Source: Octopus vulgaris (taxonomy: Eukaryota). From it: a stretch of DNA of 64,000 bases. Shown here one piece after another: positions 1 through 12,360 of the stretch. The notes below the pieces were generated by a model, which did no database searches, was not told the origin of the DNA, and was given only the letters and a program-made list of their open reading frames with translations. Location of the stretch: positions 20,212,001 through 20,276,000 of the forward strand of contig OX597841.1 in NCBI GenBank assembly GCA_951406725.2. The letters are read 5' to 3'. Position 1 is the stretch's first letter; the number at the start of each line of letters is the position of its first letter. A program made the position numbers and the translations under genes.

Positions 1-559
1 TGAAAGACACAGGACGAAACAGGACCAATAGGATCCAGTCCGTTCTTTCGGAGGATATGTTCTTAAGGGATCAAAATTACTCTCTTGTGGTGTAAATATT
101 GATAATGACATTGTTGTCTAAGACAGACATAAGTGCTGAAATTTGAAGAAGTGATGCAGTCGATAAAATCTGCACCAGAAAGATGAAACAGAGATTGACT
201 TTTCTGTGGATTTCAACACAATGTGAAGAAACATAACTACACACTGTTCACCAGATCTTCCTTAAATTTTACACAGCTACGTTAATATATATATATAAAA
301 GAAGTTAATCTCATCATTGATGCACTATATCTTGCATAAAAGAATGTAGAGAACAAACCTGGAGACCTTTGATATAGGTTTGTTTGAAATGTTGACCTCA
401 ACGGAATTTTAATTCAGACCATAAAAAATTTTAAAAATTCACACATTTTGTCCACCTCTCTATTCAACCCAAACCATCGTTTTATAATAAGTTTTCAGAA
501 AGACTCCCCCACCCCATTTTCTCGCAAATGATTAAAAAAAAAAATTTTTTTTTTTCCAA

Positions 560-892
560 AAACCCACGTTTTCGGATACGGAGATTGCCAAAAATTAGAA
601 TTAAAAAGTTTTTTGCCCCCACCCCCAATACTTCATTTTTCATTTTTTTCCGTAAACCTTAACCCTAACCTTAACCTTAACCCCCTAATCCTAACCTTAG
701 CCCTAAGTCGAAAAGTTTTTGGAAATTTTTTCAGAATCCTAATCTCCGTATTTTCCCGGATAGTTTGAAAAAAAAAAAAAATTGTGAAAAAACTTGAAAA
801 TGAAGAATTTAGTGGGGAGGGTAATTTAAAAATGCCGATTTTTGCCAATTTTGTTGCAGATTCGTATTCTCCGTAGCCGAAAACGGGGGTTT
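560..892. mobile_element. Small inverted-repeat element containing telomere-like (TAACCY)n
   Basis: aaacccacgttttcggatacggaga (560-584) versus reverse complement of 868-892; internal taacct/taaccc repeats at about 655-705. Confidence 0.6.
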
Positions 893-974
893 GTGTAAAA
901 TTTAAAAAATTAAATAAAAAAGGGGTGTTTTTTTGGGGGGGTGGGGGTATAAAAGGAAGTCAAAAATTTTGAGG

Positions 975-1395
975 ATTATTCGATTAAATCAACCATGCTT
1001 TATTTTATCGATCCTAAATGGGTGACAAACAAAATTGACTTCAGCGGGATTTGAACTCGCAATATAAAGAGCAGCAGCTAAACACGACGAGCTATTTGGT
1101 GGGAAGAGCTTCAGTTAATTATACCGACCTCAATACTTGATAGATACTTTAATCTATCGGCTCTGAAACGATATATGGCAAAGTTGACCTCGGCGGGATT
1201 TGAACTCGGAACGTATAGAGCGAGAACAAATACCACTCTTACAATAAATAAATAATATTCGCTTCTATTACAGAGATTACATTATTTTATTGACCGTGAA
1301 AGAATGAAAATCTCGGTGGGGATTTGAACTAAGAACGTTAAGCCAGAAGAAATCGTTTCGTCCAGCGCGCTAACCACTCCACCAACTCACCCCTC
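975..1395 (-). mobile_element. Tandem fragments of SINE family D
   Basis: Three repeats of variants of aaagttgacctcggcgggatttgaactc; further remnants within 130-430. Confidence 0.7.
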
Positions 1396-1539
1396 AATAA
1401 ATAAATAAATAAATAAATAACAGTTTTTTCCCCTCGTTTCAAATATGGGAGGAGGAGGAGGAGGAGGAGGGGAGGAGGAAGGGAGAAGGAGGAAACGGGA
1501 AGAAGACGAGAAGACAAATGAAGAAACGAGAATAGACGA

Positions 1540-2060
1540 GAGTTTAACGAAGTCGAGCAAGCGGAAGTAGCAGCAGCCTTAATGGCACAGTGAAGTGAAG
1601 CATAAAGAGAGATGGTGGGAGAGAGAGGGGGAGGAGCCAAACTGATAAAATAGAAGGGGGGGGATCAAACAGATAAACTATATATAGAGAGAGAGGGAAA
1701 GCAAATACATAAAATATGTATAAAAAGAGAGGGGGAGAGAGAGAAGCAGAGCTGGAGTAGACTTGTTTTATATATAGGACAGTGAGTAAGAGGGAGAGAG
1801 AGACATAGGAGTAAGAGAGGGGGAGCATCATTAAGGTTTATGGCACACTGAAGACTTGACGAAAACTTACATAGAAATATAAATATATAAATATATATAT
1901 GTAGAAGGAAAGATAGAGAAATCAAACCGAAAAAAAAACAGAGAAAGACAGACAGAAGCAGAGCTGGAAGTGCCTTGTTGAGAGAGAGAGAGAGAGAGAT
2001 AGGAAGAGTAGAGGGGGGAGCATCATCATTAAGGCTTTTATGGCACAGTGAAGTGTTGAG
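1540..2060. repeat. Three imperfect 200-260-bp units of conserved blocks separated by GA microsatellite
   Basis: ATGGCACA(G/C)TGAAG at 1582, 1840, 2040; AGAAGCAGAGCTGGA at 1742 and 1954; GGGAGCATCAT...TAAGG before copies 2 and 3. Confidence 0.75.
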
Positions 2061-2161
2061 AGAGAGACACACACAGCACCACCACCACCCTTCTGTAGAG
2101 AGAGAGAGAGAGGGGGAAAGAAAAGCGAGAGAGAGAGAGGCAGCGAGGGATAGGAAGAGGC

Positions 2162-2195
<34 letters not shown>

Positions 2196-2699
2196 CAGGA
2201 CGGACATTGGAGCAAGGTGGAGAGGAGTGTTCAGCCTCGGCCAATTCGCACAAGAAATCTTCTCCTGAAGAACCCCAGGAGGAACCTTAATCACAAACTT
2301 ATTGATTTCCCAATCTTAACTAAAACATTAAACCGTATTGACTTGTACAACACACACATATATGTATATATATTTATATTTATACACTCTTAACTGAAGG
2401 TGTATAATATATACATACATATATATATATATATAATATATATATAAAATATATATATTTAAGGAGTCAGTTTTGTGGCGACACAGAAGAGAGAAAAGGT
2501 ATTCTTTATCCAAAGGTATTCATATATTTATATTTATATAGAATTGAATGTTGTATTTTTCTTAATTACTTTTGATTTTCTCAAATGTTTAAACTTAATT
2601 CCTGCTATTATATATTGTTCCATGTATGTTTAAATTGTTATTATATATATATATATATGTGCCTGTGTATACGATGTGTCTAGTTGTTGCTTATCGCCA

Positions 2700-2946
2700 G
2701 GCCAGAGCCGTCGTTCGGAGGTATTCCAACGGTGACCATCTCGCCTCTACGCCTGGGACTACAAACCCCACTAATTAGCAGTCGGTCGGGGCTTTCCTTG
2801 ATTGCTTCTTATTTCTAGGTGTAAAACCGCGCCTCGGCGGCCCTCGTTGGCGCTGGATGGGTGGAGAAGATGTGAGGCGAACCTGCCTCCAGTCCACCGT
2901 GTTTGCACTTCTCTCGATTGGAAGAGAGAAACCTTTTTGCGTATGA
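2700..2946 (+). promoter_or_regulatory. CpG-rich putative PPP4C promoter / non-coding first exon
   Basis: Local CpG enrichment in CpG-poor DNA; GGGACTACAAACCCCA (2755-2770) resembles the ACTACAnnTCCCA housekeeping-promoter motif; donor-like sites at 2872 (GTGAGG) and 2941 (GTATGA). The first coding exon has its own acceptor, so an upstream exon is expected. Confidence 0.45.
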
Positions 2947-3730
2947 ATGAATGTAGGTTTGCAACGAATTCAGTGTTGGATGTTTTGTGTGAGAAATACG
3001 TGGTATATTGATGTATATGCAACGCCAATTTGGTTGTGTGTGTGTATATACACGCACATGTATATATAAGCATTGTGAATTGAAATGTGAGTGGCATGTG
3101 ATTTAAGTATGCGGGTATGAGATTGTGTGTGTGTGTGTGTGTGTGTATACAGATGCCTTTGTACCGAGAGAAATATGTAACGTATGTATTATTTAGCGAT
3201 TTGCGTTGAGTGTGTGTGTAACGGTTTATGTTTTATGTCCGACTTTCCATGCTAGCATGTGTGAGGTGAATATATTACTGCGACATTGGTTTTACTACTG
3301 GGTGCTCTTTCTGTCGCTAACCCATACCTACTTTTTAAATAAAGGATTTGTATTTCCCACGACGTCTTCGAAGGCGTAAAGCCATCGGGTGGTTGGTTTG
3401 TTGACCGGTGAAATGGCACCATCATCGCGGGTAGCTCATGATTCTTATTGAGAAATGCAAATGTAAGCGCATACGCACACATGCATACACATTCGATGGG
3501 CTTCTTTCAGTTTCCATATATCAGATTTACTTACAATTCGTTTGTCGGCCTGGGGCTGAAATGGAAGGTATTTGCTCAGAACCCGAATTGTGAACGGGAA
3601 ATAAACACAATCATACAGTTAAACCTGTGTGTGTGGAAAATGGACGTTAAATGATGAGGATGATATATATTGATAACCTGGTGTAGAACTCGATATATTA
3701 TGTTTCAGAAGTCGAGAGCTGAGCGGTCAT

Positions 3731-3943
3731 AAGAAAATGAGACGACAAAGGAACGAACGATTATCTTTTGAACTTCATTAGCTTACAGCTGTTTCGGTTA
3801 TAAGATGCTGTGAGCTCACAGTTGAGTGCCTGATCAACACTTTATAGCTTAATCAGAGCATCAAATATTTGAGGACACGAACAAGCAATAAGCTAATGAT
3901 GCTCATAAGGTATTTGCTTATTCTTTTGTTATCTCATTTTCTC
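3731..3943 (-). repeat. Foldback element (about 55-bp imperfect inverted repeats) enclosing a decayed hammerhead (3781-3859, minus)
   Basis: 3731-3785 is the approximate reverse complement of 3889-3943. Minus strand reads gct-CTGATTA-long stem II-GAAACAGCTGTA-agc, with the palindromic stem III typical of Penelope-type hammerheads and core G8 mutated. Confidence 0.6.
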
Positions 3944-4198
3944 ATATATATACCTTTAAGGGTATTTTTTAATATGCTGGCCATTGATAAAATTTTATCC
4001 TAGATTAGGTGTAAATTTAATAGTGTTCACTTCTGAACTCTCTCACTCTGTGAAAGTTTCTAGTTCAAATCACACGTGTCTTGAGATGTGCTGAAGTTTT
4101 TCTATTTTGGATATATTTGGGGTACTTAGGTCTGCTCATGACTTAGTGCTTGCTTTTTCCATGGGTATGAGTAAGTATTTCATTTATGTCTTACGTAT

Positions 4199-4259
4199 TT
4201 ATCGCTGACGAGGAGAAAATTCTTTTGTATTAACTCTGAAATTGGGACCAATACGGTAA
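4199..4259 (+). ncRNA. Type I hammerhead ribozyme motif (intact core)
   Basis: Stem I ttatcg/cggtaa; CUGACGA 4205-4211; stem II ggag/ctct; GAAA 4238-4241; stem III attgg-ga-ccaat; cleavage triplet AUA (cut after 4253). Confidence 0.7.
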
Positions 4260-4779
4260 TAACGGAATTTTTTAGAAATTTCTTTCAGCTTGTTTCGAGA
4301 CGCATGTTAATAGTGATAAATTATAATGGTTATTGACAGTTTGTCTATATTTGGCATAAGAATTTTTTTTCTTTTGCCCTTGTTTTATAAGTTATATATA
4401 TATATACACACACAATTTATTCGCTTCCTTGTTTCAGCACTCCTTGAAGGATTTCAATCAAACAATTCAACCCTAGTACTTATTCTATCAGTCTCTTTGC
4501 CAAATTGCTGAGTTATGGGGACATAAACACCAGTTGTCAATTGATGATGGGGGACAAAGACCCCTACACACACATACGATGGGCTTCTTTCAGTTTCTTT
4601 CTACCAAATCCACTCAAAGCTTTGGTAGGCCTGAGGCAATAGAAGTAGACACTTGCACAAATTGCTTGGCAGTAGGACTTCTTACCACCAGCCATTCCTG
4701 TGCCTATATATTATATATATGTATATATATGTGTGTGTGTATGTATATATAAATGTTATTTATTATATATTTGAGTTAC

Positions 4780-5820
4780 TCATGTCTCTGAGGCATATTT
4801 ATATATTGAGTTCAAACACCATGTTATTAGTATTACTATACTTCAGATTCAATCACACGTTAAGCTTCAGAAAATCTACCAAATTATCCAGTTATAAATG
4901 GTTCTTAAAAGAACAAGTTGTCAACTACAAGATTTACTGGAAGATCTTAGCCAAGTGTAAGCCTCACACCAACGGCAGTGGCAAGTGCGGTCTTTGTAAT
5001 ATGGAGAGATGGCTCATCTAGAAAAGTTCCATGGACTCTACTACATATTTAAATTTAAGAACTGAATTTTTGGGATCATGTCCATATCTCACAAAATACC
5101 TGTTATAGTTTTGCCCCTGATCATGGCCAGAATCCACATTTCTACTATGTTCCTGCACAAGTTTTCCCATTGTTTTAACTTCCATTAACTTTTTTATTTT
5201 TTATATATATTTCTATCTTTTTTCATTTTTAATTGTGTGAGTGTGTACATGTGTGTATATATATTATATGTATGTGTATGTATATCTATATGAGTGCAAG
5301 ACTGTCCGGTGCATATATGCGACTTTCATGCACATGGCCCCTTCATTTATACAGATATGCAGGAGTGTGAATGTATGTCTGTATATATGTGTAAATACGT
5401 ATGTATTGTGTTATGTGTATGCATGTAAGCACCTATGTGTATATGAGGATGAGGTTGCATACACACACACACATATATACATGTGTGTGTATGAATGAGT
5501 ACGTACATATATTTGTGTGTGTGCATGTATGTATACATGTTTGACTAAGTGTATACATCTGTAGACGTGAACGCAGGAGGTTTATATCCATTTCTTGTGA
5601 GAATATGGTTGGGTGTATGTTTTATCTTCTTTCTTTTTCTTCTTTTATTCAACCGGTTTTCATGGCATCTGTTGCCATTAATAGCCGACAAGAATGTATC
5701 GCAGCTCTTCGCTCCGACATTCGAAACTCAGAGTACTATAACAACAACCTTTTACTGTTCTAATTTATAACATATGTAAATAATCCTTATTTTTCTAATA
5801 TCGAGGTCTCATTCTTTTGT
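4780..5820 (+). mobile_element. Penelope-like element 3' relic (GIY-YIG C-terminus plus pseudo-LTR)
   Basis: ORF 4653..5021 ends FNHTLSFRKSTKLSSYKWFLK...YKIYWKILAKCKPH...CGLCNMERWLI, followed by LNLRTEFLGSCP, the pattern of PLE endonuclease C-termini; hammerhead-like motif downstream. Confidence 0.65.
5671..5746 (+). ncRNA. Hammerhead ribozyme-like motif with variant core (CCGACAA)
   Basis: Stem I atag/ctat with distal gttg/caac; core 5685-5691; perfect 6-bp stem II gaatgt/acattc; GAAA 5723-5726; stem III act-cag-agt; GUA 5733-5735. Lies downstream of a Penelope GIY-YIG relic. Confidence 0.6.
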
Positions 5821-5989
5821 TGTTACTTTTTATTATTATTATTATTATTATATATATATATATTGGCCTGCCTAGCCAGCAGAATGGCATCATTAGAAAG
5901 TTCCAATAATTTGAGGAAATGTATTGTGGCTAGCGGTGTAGTTTAGTTAATACAATGATGATATATACATATAGCTCATTATAAACCAT

Positions 5990-7742
5990 AACTACGAATA
6001 TGGTCTGTGATGGTGCCAGCTAGTTGGATGGTGAACATGGTGGTTGAGTAGATAAAAGCTAGGAGACAGGTTTTGTGTGGATAGTGAAAAAGACATCTGG
6101 TAGCTAGATGTCAGATATTCTTGGCAAAAGAGATTAGCAGATGTTCAATGTTCAGTAATGAAAGAGTCTGAATCACAGTGTCTCTGCATGGATCAAAACA
6201 TCTTTGCGGGGAAAATGTATACAGAATGGTATCGGCACAGTAACCTCCACTGATGTGAAGAAGTGGTTTGAAAATGTTAGAATGAGAAGAACACATAGAA
6301 GGAAGAGGAGCTATTCCAAACTGACTCAACAGAGGGATCAGTTTCTGATTTTGGCAACTATAAAACTTAGAAGCTAGATTAAGGATATGAAGATGGGGGG
6401 AGCAACTGGAACCTCAAAGGCAGTTGCTGAGTTACTGACAGTATTTGAAGTAGGAAATGTGTTAATCACTTGTTTAATTAGTTGGTAATGAGATGTCATA
6501 CTAAATATCTGGGAGTGCTGTGACATCATCATTATGAAATGGTAGAAGGGCAAAGGAGATGTTGCAGAGAGAAGCCACTGCACAGGCATCGAATTGATGG
6601 ACCATATTATAAAAGTAATAGTAAAACTTAGGAATGGACTTAGGGTGCAGTTGGAGATATGAGCCAGAGCAGGTCACTACAAATGCCATCTTCCTAGAGA
6701 GGCATTAACCACAGTTATTTGCCATGAGTGAACCACTGTGTCAAGCATTTGCCAATCTGGAGAAGTCTTTGGACAGGTGCCACATTTTGTAGTCTGGTAC
6801 TTGGTATGGCTTATGACAACTATGCAAGCCATATACAGAAATACTGTCAGCAAGGGCAGTATTAGCAAAGAGTTCAGTGAGGAATTTAATGTGCAGGTGA
6901 CACTTAAAAGGCACCTGTGCCAGTGACACACAAAAGACATCCAGTACACTCTGTAGAGTGGTGGATGTTAGGAAGGGTATCCAGTTGTAGAAACATAGCC
7001 AAAACAGATGACTGGAGCCTGGTGCAGCTTAACAGCTCCAGTCAAACCATCTAACCCATGCCAGCACAGAAAGATGATGATGATGATGTCCACACTTCTA
7101 GCCATGACAGGGAAGTTTAAAACTTAGATGTTGTGGGAACTACTGTATGCTGATGACCTGGTTCTCACCACTGAACCTGTAAAGACATTCGAAATGTGGA
7201 AATTAAGCCTACCAATGAGAGTCGTGAAAGTCAGTGGAACAAAGACAAGTTTTAGTTAACAGAAGACAATGGCCATGTTTGATATGCAGAAAAGGAGTTG
7301 GTAAGAATAGCATATGGTGTACAGTGTAGGGTTCGCAAGTCATGTAGGACTAAAGGCAGACTGTGAGGGGACATTATATGTTGCAGATGCACTCCTAATA
7401 TTCTAAAGGGTTGCTAATCTCTAATTGTGGAGGGAATCTGTGGAATGAGGTGATGAAATATGATCTTCAGCTGTTGTATCTGACGGAGGCCATGACGACT
7501 GACTGAGACTTCTGGTGATTTGTTGTGTTTGAGAAAACCTGTCAGGCTGAGTGAAATTCTGATCATGGCCAGTGCTGGTGACACGTAAAAGACACCCAGT
7601 ACACTCTGTAGAGTGGTTGGCATTAGGAAGGGCACCCAGCTGTAGAAACCATGCCACAACGGATGACTAGAGCCAGGTGCAGCTCCAGTCAAACCATCTC
7701 ACGCATGCCAGCATGGAAAACAGACATTAAATGATGATGATA
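5990..7742 (+). mobile_element. Decayed RTE-clade LINE with internal deletions and (GAT)n tail
   Basis: Fragments IKDMKMGGATGTSKAVAELL, WELLYADDLVL (about 7133-7167) and WNEVMKYDL...EKTCQAE*, followed by the common 3' tail ending ttaaatgatgatga. Confidence 0.7.
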
Positions 7743-8159
7743 GAAGCAATAGGATGAACTGAGTGGAAAACAATAATCGATGCTATTGACAACAAGAATC
7801 GCTTTCTAAACAAGTGTAATACTGCAACAAGATATGTAAACAAACTTCTTTTTTTCTTTTTGGAAGTGTCAAATGTGTATTGCATCATAGAGACCAAAAA
7901 GTAATATTTCAAATGAAGGGTAAAATAGCCAAACATTTACCCTTATTAGATGGGAAACATTGTCAGCAGCCACAGGGCTGTTTGCTGATGGCTTTTTCCA
8001 TCATATAAAGGTAAAATACCCAAACTTTCTGCTGTTTGGCAATGAAAAATAGCCATTGACTGTGGAGGATGTACAAAATGTAGGAAGAACTAAGGTGAAC
8101 ATGCTCTGCGGGATATGTAAATAGGGGCTTATATCTAACAACTTGTGTGGTGTAGCAGC

Positions 8160-9400
8160 TTTTATAGCCAACTCTTAGATGTCTCGGACAGAATTACAGA
8201 GGTATCAAATTGTTGGACCCAGTCATGAAAGCTATAGAAAGGGTTATAACTACTTAGGAAGTGAGTTAGCCTAGATGAGATGCAATTTGGTTTTATGCCA
8301 AGGAGAAGCACTACTGATGCGCTTTTTCTAGTGAGGCAGTTGCAGGCAAAGTATTTTACCAGAAATAAGCCACTAAATTTGTCATTTATTGATGTGGAGA
8401 AAGCCTTTGCTAGAGCCCCTTGCTCTCTCATCTGGTGGTCACTGTGGAAGCCAGAAGTGGCTGAATGACTGGTAATAGGCCATCCAAGCCATGCACAGGT
8501 GTAGTCATTAAGATGAGAGTTAGCAATGAGTTTGGCAATGAATTCAGTGTGCAGGTAGTTCATCAGGGCTTTGTTCTGAACCCTTTCTTATTTATCATGT
8601 CCCCTGGCCATAACAGAAGAGTTTTAGACTGGTTGTCTGTGAGAACTTCTCTATGCTGATAGCCTTGTTCTTTATAGGTGAATCTGTGGTAGAATTTGAA
8701 AAGAAATTCCAGGTGTTGAAGCCGAACCTGGGATGAAAGGGTATTAAGATTAAATTAGCAGAAACCAAAGTTCTAATAGGCAGGAAAACAGACAAGTTAC
8801 TAATACCTTCAGGAAAATGACTGATTGATATATAGGAAAGGTGTAGGTAGAAGTTCCATACTCACTGCTTTCACAAGAGGTGCAGTGGAATCACAGGAAA
8901 GTTTACAGAGAAAGTAGACTTTGTGTGTGGCAAATGTGGAGGGACAATAAAACAGTAAAAACAGATGGGGAATACATTTCAGGGAGGATCCTTAGAGAGA
9001 GTAGATATTTCTGTTACTTAGGCAACCTAATTAGCAGTGGAGGAGGATACTCCAAAAGCAGAGTCACTAGAATAAGAACTGTCTGGAGAAAATTCTAAGA
9101 ACTCTTACCTCTGTTGGTAAGCAAAGACCACTCTCTTAGAATAGATAGTATGATGCTTGTGTACATAAAGCAATGCTACATGGTAGAGACATGGGCCACA
9201 AATGCAGTGGATATGCCAAAAAAATGTTAGATGCTCTTGGGTGTAAGAGATATCAGATTTGGTGTGCAAGAAAGTCATGTGATGTATATGGATGAGGTTA
9301 GCTGCATAAAGAAGCAGCATTCGCTGATTGTGGATGGAACTTATGGAGGATGTAGGACAGAAAGAATAGCCCCTGGATGTTAAGTTTCACAAAGCTCTGG
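8160..9400 (+). mobile_element. Decayed RTE-clade LINE reverse transcriptase fragment
   Basis: ORF 8280..8468 QFGFMPRRSTTDALFLVRQLQAKY...FIDVEKAF; later FCYLGNLISSGGG...RIRTVWRKF; multiple stops and frameshifts. Confidence 0.85.
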
Positions 9401-9700
9401 AATGATTAGTGATTTGCTTTGTTTGACAAGACTCATCCATTTCAGCAAAAATGGGGCCTTTAAAAGCATATCGTTTATGTGTTTTTTCTTACACTCAGTC
9501 TGTTCTCATGTCTCTCATCCTCCTAGTACCCACTCCTCCATCATTCCATCCATGACCTTTCAGATAACCATTCAGTTCCACTGGAGATCTCCATGATTTA
9601 AAGCATAGGTGAGCAGTGCAAGTTGTAACTTCCACTGGATCGATCAGGTCACTTTGTGGGATCCAAATTCAAACCTGAAATCAAGTTGCCAACTTTTCTG

Positions 9701-9925
9701 TAACCCTTTAGTATTGAAACTGGCCACATCTGGCCCAAATATTCTACCCATTTTATGATCAAAGCAACCAGAACCAGTCTCTCACACCTACCCTACAATG
9801 TCATTCTAAAAATAAACAAACATCATTGAAACTATGAAGCTACAAGACAATGCGTGACTAATTCAAAACAATGTGAATAAATAAGCAATACATTTGACAG
9901 AGTAACCTGAATGCTAAAGGGTTAA
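9701..9925. mobile_element. piggyBac-type MITE
   Basis: Ends (g)TAA-CCCTTTAGTATT ... AATGCTAAAGGG-TTAA; related copies at 20178-20380, 26894-27403, 43808-43934, 58683-59935. Confidence 0.7.
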
Positions 9926-10051
9926 ACAGCTGGTCTAGGAGTGAGGACACTGTATATGCTTATTTGAGTCATTGACTGCGGCTATGCTGGAGTACTGCTT
10001 TAAAGGGATTTTTAGTCAAAGCCTAGTACTTATTCTATCAGTCTATTGTTC

Positions 10052-12335
10052 GATCCAAGAATAAACCCGTTCTGCTGCCAGTTCACGTAGACATTCGCCA
10101 GCAGGTGCCCAAACAAGTCTGGCATACTCTTATACATCTCATAGGGTAGACCATCCAGTCCCGGTGCCCTACCCACACCGCAGTCTGCCATAGCCTCGAT
10201 TACCTCCTCAGGCGTGATTGGCCCTTCACAGTACTCCACGTCCTGCCCCGATAGGTGCGGCAGCCCGGCGAGGAAGTCCGTTAGGTCCCTCCTACTATCT
10301 GGTTCGCCGCCCCCACTGAAAAGCTGGGCGAAGTACTCCTGAAAAGCCTCACACATCTCCTTGGGCTCATCTATCAACTTACCTTGTTGGGGGTCATCAA
10401 AGATCGGATTGTGGCATCATTGCCATGTTGGGCTTCTACCACTCCGGCCCATCCTGCAGCCTTGATCCCCTCACAACCCACTGCACGAAGCCTAGCCCTG
10501 ACAATGCAACCCATGTGTTTGGCCTCAAGGTGCTGGTTTAATGCCAGTCTCTTGGCCTTCACCTGAGCCACAGAGCCAGTTTTCATTGCTTCCTCTAACT
10601 CCTTAACTAAAGTTGATTCCCTCCTAGCCTCTCTAGCCACTAAATCTATGCTATATCTAATACACTCAAATTTTATGGCTCGCTTGAGGGCATACCACCA
10701 TTTATTATTAATAATGAAACCAGTTAATGCCCTCTGAATCAACATCTTAATCCGGAGCCTCTATTATATATCTTATCCATGTCAAGCTTACAGGTGACCA
10801 TTTTATGATCACTGTAGGTGACTGGGTGAAACTGTGGACACCTAGGTATCTTTCTATCTGCTTTTCTAATTAACACTCTATCTAGGTATGACCTGGAAGA
10901 TCCGTTGCTGCTTGACCATGTCCACAATGGAGCGTTAGGAAATTCCAACCTATAAGGATCTGCTAGCTCAAAGCGGCTTAGCAGTTTCAGGAAGCCATGA
11001 CAACCTTTTCTATCTGTATACGAGTCAACATAATCTACGTGTGCCTCGCAAATTGTGTTGTAGTCTCCTAGCACAACTAAAGAATGTGATGTACCAAGAA
11101 ACTTCTCCAGGTTCCGAAAATACTCACTTTACTCAGTTGGTGTGGGTGCATAAATTGCAACCAGTCTGATAACTTTACCACGACTGAACGTCCAGTCCAT
11201 GATGACCAGCCTACCTTCTGGATCTGAAAAAATTAACTTTTTCTCAGAAACCCGGTTTCTTTTTAACAGGAAGGACTGCCTGGAGAGAAAAAACTCTCAT
11301 AGCCATCCAACAGTGGGAGCAGATCTCTTAGCCCCCTTAATTGGGTTTCTGTAGCAACAATAACATCCAAATTACGCAACCTGATGTCATTAAGGAAGCG
11401 ACCTTGCTTCCAGCTTGACCTCAAGCCACGCACATTTCTACAACCTCCATGAATGCTTGACATTGCTTACCTCTGCATCAGTGCTTCGACGTTCCTTCCT
11501 TCTCGTTTTCTTACGTATTTGGACGTAAGCCCTCGTAAATGTATGGAGAAAAATCCATTCTGAGAGGGCCTACGTTGTGAAAGAATTCGGACTTAATCCG
11601 TCCATAATCTTTCCGGCCTATCTTGTAGATGAGAAAGTGTTTTGATGATGTTTTTCTACAGATGAAATGGCTGCCAAACGGTTAATCAGTCGATTGTTTG
11701 AAGCCTTTATGGCCATGTGTGTGTGTTTTCATTTGCTTTCTCGTTCTTCTTTCTTAAGTTCAGTTTAGTAGGGGTGGTCTGTGTTTTTTTCTTCTTTTTT
11801 TTTGAAAACAGTCGCCCACCCCTCCTCTCTGTCCTTCTCTTCACTCTCTTCTGTCTATATTGGTGTTAAGTCTTCTTTTGGTGCTGGTGTTTCATTTGTT
11901 GTTTCTTCTAGTACTTCTTCTTTTTGTTCCTTCTCTTTTGGTTTACACTCCGACCTGATGTGGCCCTTCAACCTGCAGTTAAAACACCTTGGTTTTCTTC
12001 CTTCCACAAATACTATTAATCTTTCTTCTCCACCGAGGGTTGTGACTTCTGCTTGAATTAATATTGTCAAGCATTGTCCCTTCCAGTTCTCCTCCTTTTC
12101 CACAGAGGCCTGGAGAATAGTTATTTTTTCATCCAGGCCCATTGTGATAGCTGCCACTAAACAGGTGGCATCAATTTCTGGGGAGGATGTTGTTGATTTT
12201 CACCTTCGCCGTTCTTCTTCCCATGTATACGGGAAGAAGAACCAGCTCCTCCATTCTGAGGGTCTCCAAGGAGTACTTCTTGGCTGCTTCCTCTGACCTA
12301 AACCTCACTTTGACTGTTCCAAATCTTTTGTCACG
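10052..12335 (-). mobile_element. Tx1/L1-clade LINE, truncated at both ends (ORF1 zinc knuckle, APE endonuclease, start of RT)
   Basis: ORF1 CFNCRLKGHIRSEC (CX2CX4HX4C); APE motifs NVRGL...ETQL, LGDYN, SYLDRV, YSDHKMV; RT N-terminal GPITPEEV...APGLDGLPYEMYK; frameshifted. Confidence 0.88.
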
Positions 12336-12360
12336 GTTAATATATGAAGGCTTGCACTTA

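Noticed and set aside
30-72. Hammerhead-like string on the minus strand (CTTAAGA...GAAA)
   Set aside because: Core G5 is mutated, stem II is unpaired and there is no clear NUH site; too decayed to call.
655-705. True telomere
   Set aside because: Short, degenerate, internal and enclosed by inverted repeats.
1580-2060. ATGGCACAGTGAAG copies as a microRNA gene cluster
   Set aside because: No complementary arm nearby to form a pre-miRNA hairpin; kept only as possible target or binding sites.
1665-2294. 209-aa Leu/Ser-rich minus-strand ORF and overlapping RE-rich ORF
   Set aside because: Translations of GA/CT microsatellite with no domain motifs.
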